Positions 11,221-23,903 are shown, counted from the first letter of the stretch. The stretch: DNA of 64,000 nt from Amphiscolops sp. MND2022 (GCA_964187785.1 OZ076409.1:24306001-24370000); one strand, 5' to 3'. A program made the numbers and translations. The notes: a model not told the origin generated them from the letters alone.

Positions 11221-12168
11221 TGTAACGGCTGCTTGCCCTTATCCTGCGCTGAGGCTTGACAAGCTTTACGCCGCCCTGATCCGTTGCTTAGTGCTGTGGA
11301 CCGTCACTAAACAAATCCTGGTTTTCTTGTTTAAAGGACTGTATCTTTTGACTGGTGGGTCCGATGTGACCCGTGGAATCTCCTGCGATTCCGCTTTGCA
11401 CTGATTTGGATCCGATGTGATCCTGCACACACTTCCCTCACAGTATCTTCACGCGCTCCGGCTCTCCAACTATGAGAGTAGCTACTTAGTCGCTCTGACT
11501 CTAGCGAAAAGTTGTGAAGATTGAGAAGTTGATTAATTAGTCTCGCGGTCCTGAGACCCAACTTGACTATAGCTATACAGTGGAGAAAATCTCTCTCTAA
11601 TAATGGTATACATATGGTTTACAATTCTACAGTAAATATAAGCAAATATCAGTTGAAATATGTTGTATAAATAAATGACATTTAAAGCATAAAATGAAGT
11701 TATTGACTAGTAAACAAAGAATGTGGTGGTTTTGGCATGTTGGTTAGGTGGGTTAGAAAGTATGTTTACACAATGTAAATATCATTAATTTCAACAGAGA
11801 TGAATTTCCTTCAAGGTCATATGAGAAAATCACATAATAATTAATATATCAAAATTGGGATTTCATTGGGTCCGACCTAGGTCACTTTGGGTGTTAATTG
11901 CTCGGAACCCAGGGGAGATACGGGGTAGGTTGTTAAGAGTGAAAAGTTAGTGTATCACCACCACTATATGTGTGCCAAGTTTCAAGGTGATTGAATCAGT
12001 GGTTTTCCGGGACGGGGGGGTGGTGTTTTTTTACATAGGGTCATTTTTGCTTAGACTTGTATTTTTCCAACTTAAATCTTGATAAAGTTTCTAAGTGTTT
12101 TGAGTTATAAGTTTCATCAGTCACGTTCGAGTTTGAGTTTCTGATCTCGCAATTGACTGGCGCCAACA
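11221..12168 (-). repeat. 5' LTR of element 2
   Basis: TGTTGG...GTTACA on minus; adjacent to the PBS and the TSD. Confidence 0.95.
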
Positions 12169-12517
12169 TCCAGAATCAATTGACACAAACGTCCAAGGTG
12201 CAATTTTTTCAAAAGTTCGACCATCCGAATTACAGGGGCACTTTTGGAATCAAACAAAAATTACAGACGGTATGACACTTGTTTTTTTTACTTTTGGAAG
12301 GTTCTAAAATTATAAGGCAATATCTCTAAAGTCGTGGTTTCAAACAAAACGTACTTGAGACACAATTTCTACCACTGATTCTGATCTCTAACTTCTGACT
12401 TCAATAGCTTCTCTGAAACGCCCTTCTATAAATAAATATACAGCGCAAAATGATCACATATTGCACTTTCAGGAAATTGTACAACGTAAATCTATAGTTT
12501 CGACAGAATTAGTCTGT

Positions 12518-13003
12518 TTTTAGTCGGCGCTTTTCTTAAGAAAAGAGCCCGACTATTACAGTCACTCGTTTTTTTTATTTAAGACAGACTCGAAGCGACG
12601 AACGTTAAAATTAACGTTCAACTACTAAATACAGTACTACTAAAATACTGGCAGCGCATTTGAGATAGTGCAAAGGGTCCCCCTTTCAGTAAGTCCATTT
12701 TTATCGTAAGATACAAAACAGGACGAGACTATAGGGTCCCCCCTTTGAGTTTTTTCGGCACTGTGCGACTTTTTTTTCGAGAATTTTTTTGTCCCCAAAG
12801 GGTCCCCCTTCGAGTTTTTTGATATTTTGCAACGCAATGTATGTTAATAAATCCAGAAGGATCCCCCTTTTACATTTTTCGGCACTATGCGACTTTTTTT
12901 GAAAGAAAAAAATTTTTCAAAAATTTCAATTTTTTTCCAAAAATTTTTTTCGCGCTTTTTGAGCCTCAGATATGGCGCCGACTTTAGACGTTCCCGTCTT
13001 GTT
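12518..13003 (+). repeat. Interspersed non-coding repeat family copy, possibly a non-autonomous Helentron/DINE-1-like element
   Basis: Internal aaagggtcccccttt...ttttcggcact units, a 5' hairpin (agtcgg...ccgact) and a 3' end tatggcgccgactttagacgttcccgtcttgtt shared with other copies. Confidence 0.6.
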
Positions 13004-16000
13004 AGCTGTTCATTTCGTAAGAATGGTTTTCCGAAAAGTTCAATATGAAAGGTAATATGAAAGGTAAAATTAATCAAAGTCATAAAAATAATCAAGGGAG
13101 GTTTTATTATTGTATGGAATTTTGTGTAATAGGGTTCAAAAAGTTCCTAATTTCCTCTGATACCCTTTAGCTTCTAAGATTTTTGTCAAACGCTTCTCCT
13201 GAGGGAAAATTTACTTTTAAAGTTTTCGCCTGCGATAATAGCTGTTTTCAGCTTTTTGGTATGATAGAGTAGTTAGATGAAAGTGTGAATCAGTTTAGAA
13301 AAACTATGGGAAAACCTTTTGAAATGCATTTAAAAAAGACACAAAATTTATGTCTAAACGACATAATATATAATTTGTTTCCTCTACTATCACATAATTG
13401 TAGCCAGCACATGTCAAGTTTAGTCTATTATGAGAAGATTCGCGTTGTTAAGACTAAGTTCTATTGCTCAGTCAACAAAAATGCCATTCGCTTCTTTAAA
13501 AAATGCCCTTTTGCATTTTCGGCTTTTTATTCTTCATTTTCTTAGATTTAGCCGGGAAGTTTTTTTAAATATTGCTTCTTCACCAGGGAGTCTTCACCAT
13601 TAACTTTTCTATAGCTTACTTCAACTAGATCCATTTATCACTTGGCCTGCAGGTTATTGTGGGTTATTATGTTTCTACGTGATGAGTGAGTTCCTTTTCC
13701 TCTGCATGAGCGTGCCCTAGTTAAAACTGCTCTAAAAGTTTATATGTTTTATAGGCTGCAAGACAAACTTATTAGGTTTTTGGGAGCTGCTTAGAGACGT
13801 TTTCATGCTCAATATCTTCAAGCTGCGTCACTAATTTTCAGGTATTTATCAAGATTTCTCTACAACTTGGCGTGTTTTCAAAGCAACATTCAAGGAAATT
13901 AAAAAATAAACACTCGCAAAATTTTGCAGGTTTTTGCGGTAAAAACCTCAAATTTCGTGAGCAGAGACGCTATGATATGACATAAACGACTATTCAACGA
14001 ACGCCAGTGTGGCAAACAAATTCGTACGACTGGAATTTTATTTTCGGTGAAAAATTTTTGTTTTTGCTTGCAGCTTGTTGAAAAACAAAATATTTATCAC
14101 TTTTCGAAAGTAGAGGTAAAATATTTATTCTCCTAAAGGTACAAAAAGACAAAAGGGCACCTTGATGTTTTTTTGGCATTATGCCACTTTCTTTGATTTT
14201 TTCCAGCCGAAAGGCCCTCCTAAATTCTAGCAGGAACAAAGTGCTTTGCGAGGAGTATAGAGGGCCCTTAAGGGTTTTCGATACTGTGCAACTTACCAAA
14301 AAAATTCTCCAAAAAGTTAACTGAAAATTTATTTTCACTTAATATTTGGATTTTTTGAGGTTCTCTGTTGAGACTGTTTTCTGAGAACTAAGGGTGACCT
14401 CTTTGATTCTTTTTTGTTCAATTTTTTGAGGAAATTTCGAAAACATCTTGCTCATCCAAAATCGAGATTATTGCCAATCAAAAGTTGCAGCCTTCTTTCT
14501 TACAGCATGCATCCTGCAACCGAATCAATGGTTATAATAAATAGTATATAAAACTTCTGTTCCCAAGGAACCCTTACCGTTTTTTCCAGGCATCTTCAGC
14601 GAGGCTCTTTTCCATCCATTTCTGCTCTGATAAACTGGCCTGTCTGTGCTCGGTGCTGGGGGAACTAGAAAGGGATCGGAGTCTCCGAACAGTGGTGACA
14701 ACCAGATCGTTTGTCTGTTGGGGCAAGTGTATGTATTCAGAGTTGACCTTCTTCAACTGCGATCTCCTCTTCTGATTCACTACTGCGGGCAAGACGTCAG
14801 CTGTCGCAAAGTGAGAACTTAACACAGATTTTCAATCAATTTTTTAAAAATTTTTGAAGTTTGTTTTGAATTTTCAATCAATTTTTTTAAATTTCCGAAG
14901 TTCGTTTTGACTTTTGGTAGTTTCGAATTAGTCTTAATATTGCTGAATCAATAAAATTGAAACGCTTTACGACTGAAAAAATATTTGAATTTTGTTAGTT
15001 TGAGCCTATCAAAAACTGCTTTATGAAAAACATTGAACCAAAATGAAAACGTTGAGAAAGTGAGAAAATTATGTACAAAAAAATTGCTATATTAGTTTGC
15101 AGCGAATATTTGGATACATTTGGTGTTTTGACATAATAATGATTGTCAACACCATTTGATCAAAAATTGATCAAAATACGAATAACTAATGCTTGTAGCA
15201 TGTTGAATTGACAGACGGGATGTTTCTCGATGCTATGTCCGCTGAAGACACATACTTCGAATTAGATAAAATTTTCTTAAAAACCAGCATTGTTGTCAAT
15301 TTTTTGTTGCCATAAATGGTTTATGAAAAAGTGGCAAGTGCTTTATGAACAAAATGTTCCCACTCTGCGACGTCGTGGAGTCTGATTGAAAGGTGAAAAA
15401 TTTGGAATGGGCAACGGAAAAGGAAGATACGAGTGGCTGGGGGGAGGAATGGTCATGAACAGAAAGGTATTTACAATTTGCACCGACCCTAAATTTTTCT
15501 TGCTCTTCTCCCAAATTAAATTGTGCAGCTCCTGAGACATTTAACGACATTAAGACGATGGGAGATACTGTCAAGCACGGAATATTGTACTCTTCTTTTT
15601 ATATATCCACAGTACTTGTAACTGTAATTCTTGTAACTTGTAGCTATCAGTGCTTTTCTTGCAACTCGTAGTATCTGCTCAGCTATGATGATGACAATGA
15701 TGATGAGGTATTTTTGCTGTTTTTTGTTCAGTTGTTGTTCATGTTGTTGATTTTCTTTCCCGCAGCGACGTTGTTGAGAGGGGATAAAAAGTTGGAATGA
15801 AGGGGATTTTTGGTGGAAGGAGGGATTGCCAATAAAGATATCCGTTTCTGCAATAATTAACAAATTTACAATGCTCAATTCTGGAAATTGGGTCGAAAAT
15901 GAGATTGCTATTCCATTGACCGGGAACTCCAAACATACCATCTTATGAGGTTTGATTTCTATAATATAGTCACGGTCTATACATGGCAAAATACACCAAA

Positions 16001-17503
16001 AGGAAGCTTAGTTTAAAACCTGAGTCTAGCAAGTAATTTGAGGAAAGTAGAAATCTAATTAGCGAAATGTATTATGCTGAGAAGTATTTCAAGTTGATTG
16101 CCCCATAAATGATGCAACTCTTGCGTGACGTGAAAGATACAAAATCTCTTTCTTCTTCTTCACATGGCCGGGCAAATTTAATCATTTTTATTGTCTTTTA
16201 AAAAGAGAAACGTTGTCTGCGAATGAGATTCGCCTGTTGAAAATAAGAAGTAATTATAAATTTGTTTCTAAAGTCTCTATATTTATCAGCGTTGGATATA
16301 TTTATAATTACAAAATTTGAAATCTTATAAATATAAATAATGTTTTTTCCCTCAAAATTGCTTTCAACTTCTGGAATTCCTTAGATGGATAAATTAGGCA
16401 TGAAACTTTCAACGACATTGTCATTTAAATGCAATTCCATCAAGGCCCAAATTGATTTATAAAAATCAACACAATAATGCACGATTTTTCCCGAAAAAAC
16501 ATCTCGCATTCTGTTGGAAGCTTCCCGCGTCAATTAGGTCATAAATTTGGGGCATGTTCTTATTTTTCAATAATGAAATCGTCTGAAAGTAACTAGTTTC
16601 TTTCAGCAAACCAGACCATTGTTGCTTTTGGGTTCCTCAAGAATTTTCTGCGAATTCACGACAACAGAATAATTCTTTCCACGATCTCATTTTTTGTTGA
16701 AAAACGCCATATAAACTAGTCAGGAAAATGAATAGCTTTATTATCTAGTTTCAGTATTTAAAGCAAATCTCTCTAAAAATAGATATTCTAATGAGTTTTT
16801 TGTCCCCAATTTCATTGATCGTGTAAATGGATGGATGCAAGACTATTTTCACGCAGTATTTTTCACAATGAGGAAAAATGATCAATTGAGAGCAAACGAG
16901 AACGGAGAACTTTAATCATATAATTCCAGCTAGCTGAGAATTTAAGTCAATTTGGTACTTATTTTACGTTTTCGAGCTGAGCCGCCGCAGAATTGAGCCA
17001 CAAAATGAAGGAATTTAGTAGTCACAACAAAATGTCACAAAAACACTACTTGGATTTTGCAGTCTATAACTAATTAGCTATTACTGTACTAAATGACGTT
17101 CAACAATAATGATGTATATAAAGTCAAAACTATATTATCTGATTCTGGAGATGTTATTTTGGAATCTAGGAAAACTTGTCAATAACACTAAAGCGGAAGA
17201 CTCATCGCAAGGTACAGCAAATTTTCCATGCCAAGTATATGTGGGAGGCCAAGGTCAAACTGCCACATTTCATAACCTGAAATACTTTGGACAGAGAGTT
17301 GTGTAAATACTATTTACAAACAAATTCTAAGTGATTTCTGTCGCATTCATGTTAATGATTTGTTACCATATCATTCGATTGATAGAATACATTGAAGATC
17401 AGTTGAGAAAGATACATACTCCCCAACGTTGTTTTTAACCAACAATTTAGAGATCTTAACATGGCGCAGTAAGCAAGAATTTTTTTAATTCCATTCTTAC
17501 CCT

Positions 17504-18287
17504 GTGAAACCCTTTTTAACACCTCATCAACATAACAAGGCTGTGGCAACAAAGATACATCTACTATATCTAGAAGATACCGGACTTGACGGAAAGAAAC
17601 TACACACACCCAAAGAATGGACCGAACGATTTTGCCAATACATAAAAAAAATCCATGACATCGACATCAAACAAAAATTAACGGATGATACGGTACCCAC
17701 CGGCAAAAATTGGGACACAGAAGAACTAGAAAACAGACAAGATTTCATATGGAGCGCAAGACCATCAGCAGTCGAATTATCACAAAAGGAGAGTTAAACA
17801 CGGATCCCGATACAATCAAAACCAAAAAACCAATACAACTAGTCCGAAAATACTACATGCCAAGAAGGAACACCTACCATAGCTGTAGAGATTTCTTCTG
17901 GGCAAAGCAAGAAGACAATGAGACACCCGAAGAACACTGGAAAACGCTAATAACCCTAGAAAAGAACTGCGACTTCAAAGACATAAAACAGGACGTCCTC
18001 CTTATATCAAAGTTTATCACAACATAACCGAAAAAAAAAACTTCGAGAAAAGCACATCCGTGAAACTTTAGACTTGAAAACAAACGTTGAACTTGTCACC
18101 CAAAACAGTTACGACCGCCGACACAAGCAATCTACCATACCACTTGCCTTGGAAAAAGATGAAGAAATAAAACGAGAACCTATCCAAAAATTTCAGGCAA
18201 AACATCATCGAGAACAACGAAACCAATCGAAAAAAAATAATTGTGGATTCTGCGGACAACAGAACTGGACTCTTCAACATAACTTCA
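17504..18287 (+). pseudogene. Decayed gag of element 3
   Basis: Frameshifted fragments (FFWAKQEDNETPEEHW; knuckle CGFCGQQNW...H) directly after the PBS. Confidence 0.75.
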
Positions 18288-18562
18288 ACAAAAACACTAC
18301 TTGGATTTTTTGCAGTCTATAACTAATTAGCTATTACTGTACTAAATGACGTTCAACAATATAGGTGTATATAAAGTCAAAACTATATTCTCTGATTCTG
18401 GAGATGTTATTTTGGAATCTAGGAAAACTCGTCAATAACACTAAAGCGGAAGACTCATCGCAAGGTACAGCAAATTTTCCATGCCAAGTATATGTGGAAG
18501 GCCAAGGTCAAACTGCCACTTTTCATAACCTGAAATACTTTAGACAGAGAGTTGTGTAAATA
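18288..18562 (+). repeat. Copy of 17037-17309 (host flank plus the first ~70 bp of the 5' LTR) inside element 3
   Basis: Near-identical ~275-bp direct repeat; ORFs 17109-17306 and 18365-18559 translate almost identically. Confidence 0.9.
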
Positions 18563-20144
18563 ATACCGGCGAAAACAGTAAAGCGCCATCGCAAAACAAA
18601 CAATCGCCATTCCAATTTGACACTGACCGCTAATCAGATTCATACCAAAAAAATTAAACACATTACTCATCAACAGCAAAGAGCTATGGACGACAACAGC
18701 AATAACCGACAAAATACGGACAAATTCACTCACGACGGCGGATTGAAAATCCACTGGGGTGCAGATGACGAGATAATGAAAATCATAAACAGAAGAAATT
18801 ATTCCCAAGAAACCAGAGAGCTCGTCGAAAGAAAAATTGAACAGACGAGACCAGGCCCCATGCGATACCAGTGGCACAAAAAAACTAGATGGAGAAATTC
18901 TTCTCCCGAGAAGACCAGACGATGGCGACTGGAATGAATCAATAGGGCTCGGTATACGCCTACGAAGAAAAGAATAATGCCGCGACACACACCATGGGGG
19001 CGCATACTTCAAGCATTTCAAGTAATCCCACCAATGCCAGGAACATCAACCGAAACAAATCCGGATACAATGGGCACGCAAAAAATAATTCAAGACTCCG
19101 AATGGATGGTCCCCTCAACTCTTGAAGAACCGACAATCACGCAAGAACTGGGAACATACCCAGCGATCCCGGTACAACAATACCAAGACGGGCCAATCGA
19201 AAAAGTAGCCGTCTCTTATGTGCGGATAACCCGAGTTTTCGAGAAAAAAGCAATCAGAAACCGTCAACAAGAAGATAACATCCAGTCAGCCGAATATTTT
19301 ATGTTTGACCTGGAAACCCTCATTAAAGAAACGGCAACAGACCCTGACGTGATAGAAGTGCAATGGTGTCTAGAAGACAACAACACGCTGGCAAATCCCG
19401 AAGACTACGAACACGTGGCAAAGAAATTAACCCACCGCTGCTGGGGAATAACAATGGTCGACGACCGCATCATCGTCCCAAAAAATCTAGGCTATGCCGC
19501 ACTAAATGCACTATACTTCGGCCACCCAACAATCAACAAACTGTGCAGCGACGCAACAATCTTCTGGCGGCCAAACATGCGAGCTGATATTGAGAAGAAA
19601 GCCAAGACTTGTTCCACTTTGCCTAAATGCCGGTAAGAATTTTAAAACTCAACTACCCAATACCACAACATAAAAAATCGAACCGCCAAAAAACCCAGGA
19701 GAGGAAATTCAAACTGATTTCATGGGAAATCTAATTAGCAAACATATAAACTGCTCCACATTCATACTAGTTGCTGTGGATAAAAATAGCTGTTGGGCGG
19801 TAGCCACAATCTGCAAACATACAAACCGCGATAAGGTTATTAACTTCATACGGGAATACATAAACGTATACGGTGTACCAAAAATGCTTAAGTCAGACAA
19901 CGGCATGCCTTTGTCTCAAAAGAATAAAAAATGTTTGCAGGAATTACAATGTATTGTACACTCCAAATCTACATACCGGTACAGGACTCGTCCAGAGAAC
20001 CATCCAATCACTGAAGAACCTGATAGAAACAAATTTAGAAGAGATACAGGATTTACGCGAAAGCCTAAATGAATTATTGTATGTCCTCCAATTTTACCAC
20101 ACACGCAGAAACGAAGCAAACTCCTTTCGAAATACACTTCGGGC
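18563..20144 (+). pseudogene. Decayed pol (integrase region) of element 3; continues at 39819-40790
   Basis: Zn-binding FGHP...CST, then IQTDFMG and KSDNG. The motif TPFEIHFG|RK is split exactly by the element 4 insertion. Confidence 0.8.
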
Positions 20145-22707
20145 TGTCGCACGCATGGATAGATTTTACTATTTACTATTTCCTTTTTGTTCCCTTTTCC
20201 TTTCAAGGGGCTGTTCAGTTGTTATCAGTATTAGTCAGTTCAGCTTATGTAGCGTAGTGCAAATTACTTTCAGGTGGCTATTCTATTATTGATTGTAAAT
20301 GAGTAAGAAAGTCTCAAAGCTTACTCTGTGCAATAATAGAAAGGAAGTGCCTTGCGTGTACGTGCGAACAAAGGGAGTTGCGTGAATAAGTGCAAGGCAG
20401 TGTATGTAAATGAGTTATCTGAAAAGCGGAAAAGTATAGAAAGGAAATATGTTGAATTATATTACGTGAACGGACAATGGTACTAAGTAAAAATTTCTAG
20501 GCATCTCAGTGTCTATTCCATCTTTAGTTAAATCCAGCAGCGAAATAACAATTTACTTTACTTCAGCAGTAGATTGGAAGGATTTATTTCGACTTCGAGC
20601 AAAATAGCTTTATAAAATACATCAGAAACGATTAATATATATCAGAAAATTCGTAATAAAATTTACAGACTAAATTGTGAGCTTTTACACTTTCATAATG
20701 AAAATGCTTTATGATTAGCTCCAAATGAGAAATGGTTTTAGCCGGTGATAATTTAAACCAGCGAGTTTTAGTTTTTTTAAAGTCACTGCTCTGTTGGGTA
20801 GAGAGACAGCATTAGGACTTTGTATAAGACACAAACTCACTGGGTAGATGAGGTGAAATGATTTTGTAAGTACTAGTGTAACGCCAACCATTTATTTAGT
20901 ATTTTTCTAAGATATACTTTGAACAACCACTGAGTAAAATCAGTGGAACTTTTCTAAGATATATTTTAAACAACCACTGAGTAGAATCAGTGGAATTTTT
21001 CTAAGATATAAGTTAAACAACCACTGAGTAGAATCAATGGAATTTTTGTAAGTTATATTTTAAACGACCACTGAGTAGAATCAGTGGAATTTTTCTAAGA
21101 TATAATTTAAACAGCCACTGGGTAGAATCAGTGGAATTTTTCTAAGATATAATTTAAACAACCACTGAGCAGAATCAGTGGAATTTTTCTACGATATAAT
21201 TTAAACAACCACTGAGTAGAATCAGTGGAATTTTTTTGAGATATATTTTAAGCAATCACTGAGTAGAATCAGTTAAATTTTTCGAAGATGTAATTTAAAC
21301 AACCACTGAGTAGAATCAGTCGAATTTTTCTAAGATATAATTTAAACAACCACTGAGTAGAATCAGTGGAATTTTTCCAAAACATAATTTAAACAACCAC
21401 TGAGTAGAATCAGTGGAACTTTTCTAAGATATAATTTAAACAACCACTGAGTAGAATCAGTGGAATTCTCTAAAATATAATTTAAACAACCACTGAGTAG
21501 AATCAGTGGAACTTTTCTAAGATATAATTCAAACAACCACTGAGTAGATACAGTGGAATTTTTCTAAGATATAATTTAAACAACCATTGAGTAGAATCAG
21601 TGGAAGTTTTCTAAGATATAATTTAAACAACCACTGAGTAGAATCAGTGGAAATTTTCTAAGATATAATTTAAACAACCACTGAGTAGAATCAGTAGAAT
21701 TTTTCTAAGATATAATTCAAACAACCACTGAGTAGAATCAGTGAAATTTTACTAAGATAGAATTCAGTTAGGAAGGGGAGAATCAGAAATCTCCACAAAA
21801 AGAAACTAAGTTATTTTTTCACTCACCAGACCGGGGACTGTTGTCGGATTGAGGTGAATTCTCTAAGATAGAAAATTCAAGAAAGACGGATGTGACTTCG
21901 CAAATTTGAGAGCCAAAGCAAAAAAGGGGATGAAAGTAAGATAGAAGTTTTTAGTCCAAGGGGGAAATAATTCAAGAATTTAGCGGAGAGAAGATAAGTA
22001 GAGTTGGAGCAAGTTGAAGGGAAGAGAAGTAAAAGTGAGAAAGGGAGAGAGCTTTTTAGGTGTTGAAGCTCTGCCGGTTGGAGGGAAGAATGAAGCTCCA
22101 GCTTGTGCACGCCGTATAAAAACAGTTCAGCACTTCTACCGAAGTGCTTCATTGGCCTGTTTTTCGTTCAGCCAGTCAGAGCTTAGCATTAGATTTCGGA
22201 TCTCCGCGGTAAATAATAGAATTTTTCGTTTCTGTAATCCCGCGGTAGAAGAACCTTTTTTATCCCATTATTCTGCGGCCTTTTTATGAGTTTCAGCTGC
22301 CGCCCTACTTTAATAGTTATTTATCTTCAGCTTCCTCCTTCTCCAGGTTAGTTCAATTTCCTGCTTTGTTTATGCAGGTGTTTTTTAATCATAAACTACT
22401 CTGTAGCTCAAAGGAAATTGATTAGCTTTGTATTTTTGCAGGGGAATTTTTGATTAGAAACGGCTCTGAAGCCCTGGGTTGATAGTTGAGCTTTTTATTA
22501 AATCAGGTGTTTATAATCATAAACTGCGCGGTAGCACACAGAGAATTGATTAGCTTTGTATTTTTGCAGGGGAATTTTTGATTAGGAACGGAAGAGTATC
22601 CCTGGGATGTTTGTAGAGCTTTTTATTAAATCAGGTGTTTTTTGTTGAGCACTTTATTGTTGCAGTTGCATTTGTATTATTCATTAAGCGTTAGTCATAA
22701 CGCGACA
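20145..22707 (-). repeat. 3' LTR of element 4 (2563 bp)
   Basis: Direct repeat of 37208-39814, with an extra ~128-bp internal duplication at 22375-22631. Confidence 0.95.
20900..21760. repeat. 47-bp tandem array with palindromic core, 18 copies
   Basis: Unit aacaaCCACTGAgtagaaTCAGTGGaatttttctaagatataattta. Confidence 0.95.
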
Positions 22708-22814
22708 GCTCACCCCCCTGACAAAGAGAAAAGAGAATGCGGTATCTGGGGTAGGTCAGGAATGAAAATGGGGCCTCTTTAGCACTTGGGATTTTAAAGG
22801 GGGCTTCATTAAAT

Positions 22815-23804
22815 TTAATTGGAATTGTTGGAGTTGTTGTTTAAAAAGGCTTCCCTGAAGTTGACCAATAGTTTTGTGTGAGGGATGAAATCTTCTCGCA
22901 TGAGGTTAGGAAGAGTGTAGGTGCCGGCGTGGGTGTCGCCTTGGTTGTTCTTGTCAGAGTTGTTTGGGAAGTAGGTAGACCACTTGTTGTTTTTGTCTTT
23001 TTGATCTATGATGGAGATTTCTAATTGTCGGTCGAAAGGCCATGTTCGAGGGAGGGTGAAGTCGCTAAGATGGAGCTCACAGCAAATGGAGGAGTGGGTT
23101 CCCCAAAAGAGGTTTATCCCATATGGAAATAGTCTAAGGGATGTTTTGCAGCCTGCTAGGTGAGTGGTATAGATGGGGCTGGTGAAGCTACATTTGAAGT
23201 TGCTTAGTGGTTCATTCGGGAAGGTTTTTGCTTTTCGGTATAGCGTAGAAAATGCGGGAATCTGCCACAGGAAGGGTTCATTGTTTCTCCCATCGATGAA
23301 ATTAGTATTTCTGAGGAGGGAGCATTGGTATTTTATGGTTGCTTGTAAGTTGGATATTGTGGTCTCTAGTTGTAGACATCTAGTCTTTGCTTCTTCTGCC
23401 GAATTGTAGAGTTGTTTCACTTTGCCATCAATGTTCGTTTTAGGCTCTAAGGTTTCTGTTAATGAAAATGATTTCCAAAGGACCGGGGTTTCTAGTAGTT
23501 TTTCGTTTTGGCAACTTGATATGGTTGAGGTTTCTAATTCTGATATCCATTTGCTCAATCTTTCTATTCCCTCGAGAGTCTCTTGTTCTTCCGGGACATC
23601 TGGTTTCGATATGGGTGGCCAGTCGGGTGTAGTAATACGGGAAGAAGGATTATTTTTTGGGATAAAGGGCGTAGCATTAGGGTTTAGCCTATGATTCATT
23701 GTGCGGATATTGATCTTAGGGGGACAGTTAGTCTTTGTCCTTTGAGTGCAGGGTTCTCTATAGTGTATTCTTGTCTCTTGTTGTCCCAGAAAACGATGTT
23801 CCAT
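22815..23804 (-). CDS. Accessory protein: PAM2 motif + coiled coil + TRAF-type MATH domain (likely start 23699)
   Basis: LNPNATPFIP fits the PAM2 consensus. A heptad stretch (VKQLYNSAEEAKTRCLQLETTISNLQ) follows. FLWQIP.F, FTSPIYT...GCK.SLRLFPYG, GTHSSI, WPFDRQLEISIIDQ and FIPHTKL are colinear with TRAF-C motifs. Confidence 0.85.
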   Translation of the reverse strand: MEHRFLGQQETRIHYREPCTQRTKTNCPPKINIRTMNHRLNPNATPFIPKNNPSSRITTPDWPPISKPDVPEEQETLEGIERLSKWISELETSTISSCQNEKLLETPVLWKSFSLTETLEPKTNIDGKVKQLYNSAEEAKTRCLQLETTISNLQATIKYQCSLLRNTNFIDGRNNEPFLWQIPAFSTLYRKAKTFPNEPLSNFKCSFTSPIYTTHLAGCKTSLRLFPYGINLFWGTHSSICCELHLSDFTLPRTWPFDRQLEISIIDQKDKNNKWSTYFPNNSDKNNQGDTHAGTYTLPNLMREDFIPHTKLLVNFREAFLNNNSNNSN

Positions 23805-23903
23805 AATGAGAATTGGGGAAGTAGGGTATACTTTAAATCTGCATTGAACCTAGGCCTTTTAACATATCTGGCCCTTTTTGTATAGTATTCCCTTTTGTGT
23901 TGT

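Larger units (their letters stand above)
3528..12168 (-). mobile_element. Complete, young BEL/Pao LTR retrotransposon (element 2)
   Basis: ~947-bp LTRs (3528-4474 and 11221-12168) differing at about 7 positions by eye; outer TG...CA ends; TSD TCCAG at 3523-3527 and 12169-12173; single intact ORF. Confidence 0.97.

Noticed and set aside
10791..11259. Repetitive ORFs on both strands
   Set aside because: By-products of a stop-free 24-bp tandem repeat.
14574..15989. Possible minus-strand host exons (donor-like CG|GTAAG at ~14577)
   Set aside because: No recognisable protein motif and no consistent exon chain could be built.
20900..21760. CRISPR-like array of regularly spaced palindromes (also 37960-39010)
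   Set aside because: The linkers are near-identical rather than unique spacers, there are no cas genes, and the array lies in eukaryotic LTRs.
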